DNA from: Terriglobia bacterium
GTDB lineage: Bacteria > Acidobacteriota > Terriglobia > 20CM-2-55-15
Reading direction: 5' to 3'
DNA: 64,000 bases
NCBI GenBank assembly: GCA_965198225.1
Contig: CBDAOY010000007.1
Span: forward strand, 256,001 to 320,000
This document shows, piece after piece, positions 60,256-64,000 of this stretch; positions within the stretch are counted from its first letter, which is position 1; each line of letters starts with the position of its first letter. The notes under the pieces are model-generated. The model did not search any database. It saw only the letters and a list, made by a program, of their open reading frames with translations, and was not told the origin of the DNA. Position numbers and translations under genes: made by a program.

Positions 60256-61670
60256 CATTCCGTCCAAGATAGGTCCTGAGCCGACCCCCTAGAAAAGTAA
60301 AAAGCCCTCCTCAACCCTTGCCGGGGCATCCGTGTGTGTGTACATGCACCCGGCAATTCCAAAGGAGGGCTCCGCCATGGTAGCTGTCGCGAGCTTGTTC
60401 AATCAATTGTTGCAACACTTCCCCCGAACCGAATTCGAGAGTCTGGTCCAACTGCACCAAGCCGAACGCCATGCCAAGGGGTTTGCCTGCTGGACCCAAT
60501 TCGTATCCATGCTGTTCTGCCAGCTCGCCCATACCGATTCCCTGCGTGAAATCTGCAACGGGCTGAACTGTTGTCTGGGCAAGCTGATTCACCTGGGCAT
60601 TTCACACGGCCCGAAAAAGTCGACTCTGTCCTATGCGAACCGGCACCGGCCGGCGGCCTTGTTCGAACATCTGTTCTGGACCGCCCTGGGACGATTTCGC
60701 CAACAACAACTGTTGGGCCGCCGGTCGCATCGGTTTCGATTCCGAAACAAGTTGCTCACGATGGATTCCACCACGATTGGCCTCTGTCTGAACCTGTTCC
60801 CATGGGCGCGCTTCAAGGCCGATAAAGGCGGCATCAAGGCCCATGTCCTGCTCGACCACGACGACTACATGCCCCGCTTCCTGCGCCTCACCGATGCCAA
60901 AGGCAGCGACGTCCAGATGGCCCACCATATGCCGCTCAATCCCGGTTCCATCGTCGTGGGCGACCGCGCCTATATCGACTTCTCTCTGTTCGAAAATGGA
61001 CGCTCGGCGGCATCTTCTTCGTTGCTCGATCCCACTACAACTTACGCTACCGCGTCTTGGATGACCGTCCGCTTCCTCAGAAGCGCCGCATCCTCTCCGA
61101 TCAACTGATCCGTCTCACCGGCCGGGGCACTCATGGCCGCTGTCGTCAACCCCTACGGCGCATCGTCATCCAACGCCTCGATTATCCTGACGATCCGTTG
61201 GTCTTGCTGACCAACCACTTGACGTTTGGCTCATCCACCATCGCCGCTATCTACAAGGATCGCTGGCAGATCGAGGTCTTCTTCAAAACCCTCAAGCAGA
61301 ACCTGAAAATCAAAACCTTCATCGGAACGACCGAAAATGCGCTCCGCATTCAGATTTGGACAGCCTTGATCGCCCTGCTGTTGTTGAAATGGCTCCACTT
61401 CCTCTCCCGATGGTCCCTCTCCAACCTCGCCTCCATGCTCCGCCTGAACCTTTTTACCTACCGCAATTTGCGCGACTGGCTCGACGATCCCTTTCTCACT
61501 CCACCCCTGGAGCCGCTCCCCGCTCAACTTTCCCTACAACTCCACTGATTTTGGACAGGCTCCATGATTCGAAAAGGCAGACCTCCTCCCGGAAATCCCT
61601 TTTCTGTCTCCATAACCGATGTCCTATCAATCTCCGGTGGGTCAACCCTGTCCTATTTTGGACAGCTGTG
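60256..61670 (+). mobile_element. IS4-family element inserted into a REP
   Basis: CA...TG ends with GTCCAA(G/A)ATAGG IR; 9-bp duplication GTCATAGAC at 60247-60255 and 61671-61679. Confidence 0.88.
60377..61548 (+). pseudogene. IS4-family transposase (DUF4372 + DDE), frameshift near 60995
   Basis: QFVSMLFCQL, MDSTTI, GIKAH, GDRAY, YKDRWQIEVFFKTLKQ; adding one A to GAAAATGG restores FEKWTLGGIFFV. Confidence 0.88.
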
Positions 61671-61721
61671 GTCATAGACCGCACCTACACCTTCTCGGGC
61701 ACTGTTGCTTACCTGCGAGAT

Positions 61722-61744
61722 GTGCGGTCATAGACCGTACCTAC
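61722..61744. repeat. Inverted REP
   Basis: GTGCGGTCATAGACCGTACCTAC. Confidence 0.7.
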
Positions 61745-61775
61745 ACGAAACGTCCCGTCTTCTATTCCGGTTCCC

Positions 61776-63569
61776 TCAACCATCCAGGCTCGGCTCTCGC
61801 AGGTGGAAACCGGCTGCGTCCTGGTAGGCCTTTGCCAGCGCCAGTAGTTCGTGCTCCCGGAAAGGCCGGGCGAAGAACGTCACGTTCGTCGGCGTGCCGC
61901 CTTCGGTGAAACCGTTCGGGACGTTGATGGCGGGATAACAGGCCAGGTTCGCCATGCTCGAATGCCGGCGTGCAGGCGTCTGAGGCCTGGGCGGGGCGCC
62001 ACCTCTGCCGCCGCGGCCGCCACCCCTTGCTCCTGCCGGTGCCGTCCCTCCGCGCCCGCCTCGACCACCGCGACCCCCGCCGCGACGTGGGCTCGCCCCC
62101 ACGACATACACGTCGATGCCCTCGGTGGCCTTGGCCAGTTCGGTCATTGTCATCATTCGCGAGCGTTGGGATTGAAGGTATTCCACGGCGGGGATCAGCC
62201 GGCTCGAGTGCCGGGCGCCACGGCGGGCTTTCTCCATCTGTCCGGTCCGGGACTTCTCGTCGAAGAACACCGTGGACTCCACTCCGATCGCACCCTGGTT
62301 GGTGGGGACATCGGGCACGGCCATCGGAATGAAGTCGGAAACTCCGACCGACCGCAGCGTCTCGAGCGTTGCTTCAGCGTTCCGCTTGACGACCGGATCC
62401 GGGATTTCATCGAAGGATTCTTTGATGTAGCCCACACGCAGCGTCCTGATGTCGAGCGTCGCATCCCAGTTGAATGGGAGGTCCGACACGCTCATATCCC
62501 GTCCGTCGGGTTTCGCGATCGCCTGCATCACGATGGCGCAATCCTCGGCATAGCGGCACATCGGCCCGAGGCGATCCTGGGTCCAGGAAAGCGCCATAAC
62601 GCCGTACCGGCTGATACGTCCGAATGTCGGGCGAAGGCCGGCCAGTCCGCATCGCGCCGAAGGACTCAAGATCGATCCGCTGGTTTCCGAGCCAATAGCG
62701 AACCCGACGCACCCCCCTGCCGTCGCTGAACCCGGTCCCGCAGAAGAGCCACTCGATCCCTGCTCCGGATCCCACGGGTTCTTGGTCTGACCGCCGAACC
62801 AGTTGTCGCCGGAGGCCAGTTCGCCGGTCGCCAGTTTTGCGATCAGTACCGCCCCGGCGTCGCGCAGCATCTCGACGACGCTGGCGTCGTAGTCGAACAC
62901 CTGGTCACGGAATGCTTCGGAACCCCAGGTCGTGGTGAACCCTTCGACCGAGATGATGTCCTTGGCGCCCCACGGGATGCCGTGTAGCGGGCCCTTGTAG
63001 TGACCGGCTGCGATCTCGCTGTCGGCCTGTCGGGCCTGTTCCAGGCCCACCTCATCGAGAAAAGTGACCACGAAGTTCAGCGTTGGCTGGTAACGATGGA
63101 GCCGATCCAGGTACATCCGCGTCAGCTCCAGCGAAGTAACCTGTCGTGTGCGGATCAACTCCGCCAGGTTCCGGACCGGCCAGAAGGCGACGCTTTCCAG
63201 GTTTGCCGGACGCCTTACTGCGGGCGGATCACTGAGACGGAACGGACGTCGGGTCCTGTCGACTTCGATACCCGGGACGATCGAGCTGAAGTGGAAGGGA
63301 GGGGACACATCGTTGGGGATGTGAACTTCCCGTCGTTCCTCGTAGTTCTCCAGGTTGTTGTTGGCGGTATCCACCAGGTCGTCGAGCTGTTCTTCGCTCA
63401 ACTCGATCCCGGAGAGTTTCATGGCGTCCGACACCATGTCCAGCGTGATGCGCTGCTCTCCATTGTCCTGCATGCGCGCCCAAATGATGCCGGGCACGAG
63501 CGTCGATCCCAGGCCGATGGCGGCGAAGTGCGCCATGAATCGTCGTCGAGCTTCAATGAAGTTGGCCAT
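61776..63569 (-). CDS. Amidase signature family protein with a Tat-like leader
   Basis: GPLHGIPWGAKD, GSSGSSAG, IGSETSGSILSPS, GLRPTFGRISRYG; ARRRFM leader. Confidence 0.92.
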   Translation of the reverse strand: MANFIEARRRFMAHFAAIGLGSTLVPGIIWARMQDNGEQRITLDMVSDAMKLSGIELSEEQLDDLVDTANNNLENYEERREVHIPNDVSPPFHFSSIVPGIEVDRTRRPFRLSDPPAVRRPANLESVAFWPVRNLAELIRTRQVTSLELTRMYLDRLHRYQPTLNFVVTFLDEVGLEQARQADSEIAAGHYKGPLHGIPWGAKDIISVEGFTTTWGSEAFRDQVFDYDASVVEMLRDAGAVLIAKLATGELASGDNWFGGQTKNPWDPEQGSSGSSAGPGSATAGGCVGFAIGSETSGSILSPSARCGLAGLRPTFGRISRYGVMALSWTQDRLGPMCRYAEDCAIVMQAIAKPDGRDMSVSDLPFNWDATLDIRTLRVGYIKESFDEIPDPVVKRNAEATLETLRSVGVSDFIPMAVPDVPTNQGAIGVESTVFFDEKSRTGQMEKARRGARHSSRLIPAVEYLQSQRSRMMTMTELAKATEGIDVYVVGASPRRGGGRGGRGGRGGTAPAGARGGGRGGRGGAPPRPQTPARRHSSMANLACYPAINVPNGFTEGGTPTNVTFFARPFREHELLALAKAYQDAAGFHLREPSLDG

Positions 63570-63625
63570 TGCTGATCCTCCTCCGATCATAGAAGACCTA
63601 TCCAACCGTCCCAACGTTACCCGCC

Positions 63626-64000
63626 TTACGGCCCGAAAGAGTCGATCTTGATCCGTCTCAGGATTCGTGGCCGGGACGCCAGTTCCGACTCTCCGGCAGG
63701 GAAGCGGTTCTCGCCGAGAATCAGGCTCAGGATATCGGAGATCTGCTGTCGCGAGAGTGATCTCGGTTTATCGGGAGGCATCGTCGTGCGGATTCGATCG
63801 GACAGCTCCCCGAGAGTCAGCCCGTTCCAGTCCGACAGAAACGCACCTCCGGTCAGCGCGGGAGCTTCCTCGCCGCCTTCCAGCTCGTATCCATGGCAGA
63901 AAGAGCATTCCTCATCGAAGGTGGCCCGGCCCCGTTCTAACTGTTCCTGGGTATAGACCCCGTCCCGCACCGACCGCGTTTCGTCCGTCTGCTGAGCCTC
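63626..64000 (-). CDS. Mono-heme cytochrome c, 5' end outside the window
   Basis: DGVYTQEQ..RG...CSFCHG..L.G...MP, FPAG..EL. Confidence 0.85.
   Translation of the reverse strand, partial: EAQQTDETRSVRDGVYTQEQLERGRATFDEECSFCHGYELEGGEEAPALTGGAFLSDWNGLTLGELSDRIRTTMPPDKPRSLSRQQISDILSLILGENRFPAGESELASRPRILRRIKIDSFGP

Overview
GC-rich bacterial window, most likely from an Acidobacteriota genome or MAG (inferred from two cytochrome-c/DUF1592-DUF1552-ankyrin triads, RGG-rich secreted enzymes and a PEP-CTERM tail). Domain calls come from motif recognition in the translations, with no database search. The left end (1-8.8 kb) is a tRNA-Val(CAC) integration hotspot. It has converging tyrosine integrases, two IS1182 elements, a 108-bp MITE, an IS3 and a decayed dCTP-deaminase / GNAT-ASCH operon. 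A truncated lpxC and a polA::matrixin-PEP-CTERM chimera follow. The middle is mostly housekeeping and periplasmic genes, with a degraded attC cassette cluster (CALIN-like, 22.8-26.2 kb), IS1634 and several families of palindromic REP/REPIN repeats. The best candidate for an undescribed system is a three-gene operon at 52.8-58.0 kb in which every gene carries a TIR domain: TIR; KGGxGR-variant ParA/MinD-like NTPase-TIR; TIR-TM-WD40. It is flanked by IS91 remnants and an IS110/IS1111-type recombinase with a long non-coding right end (bridge-RNA candidate). Several abrupt junctions could be genome decay or assembly artefacts.
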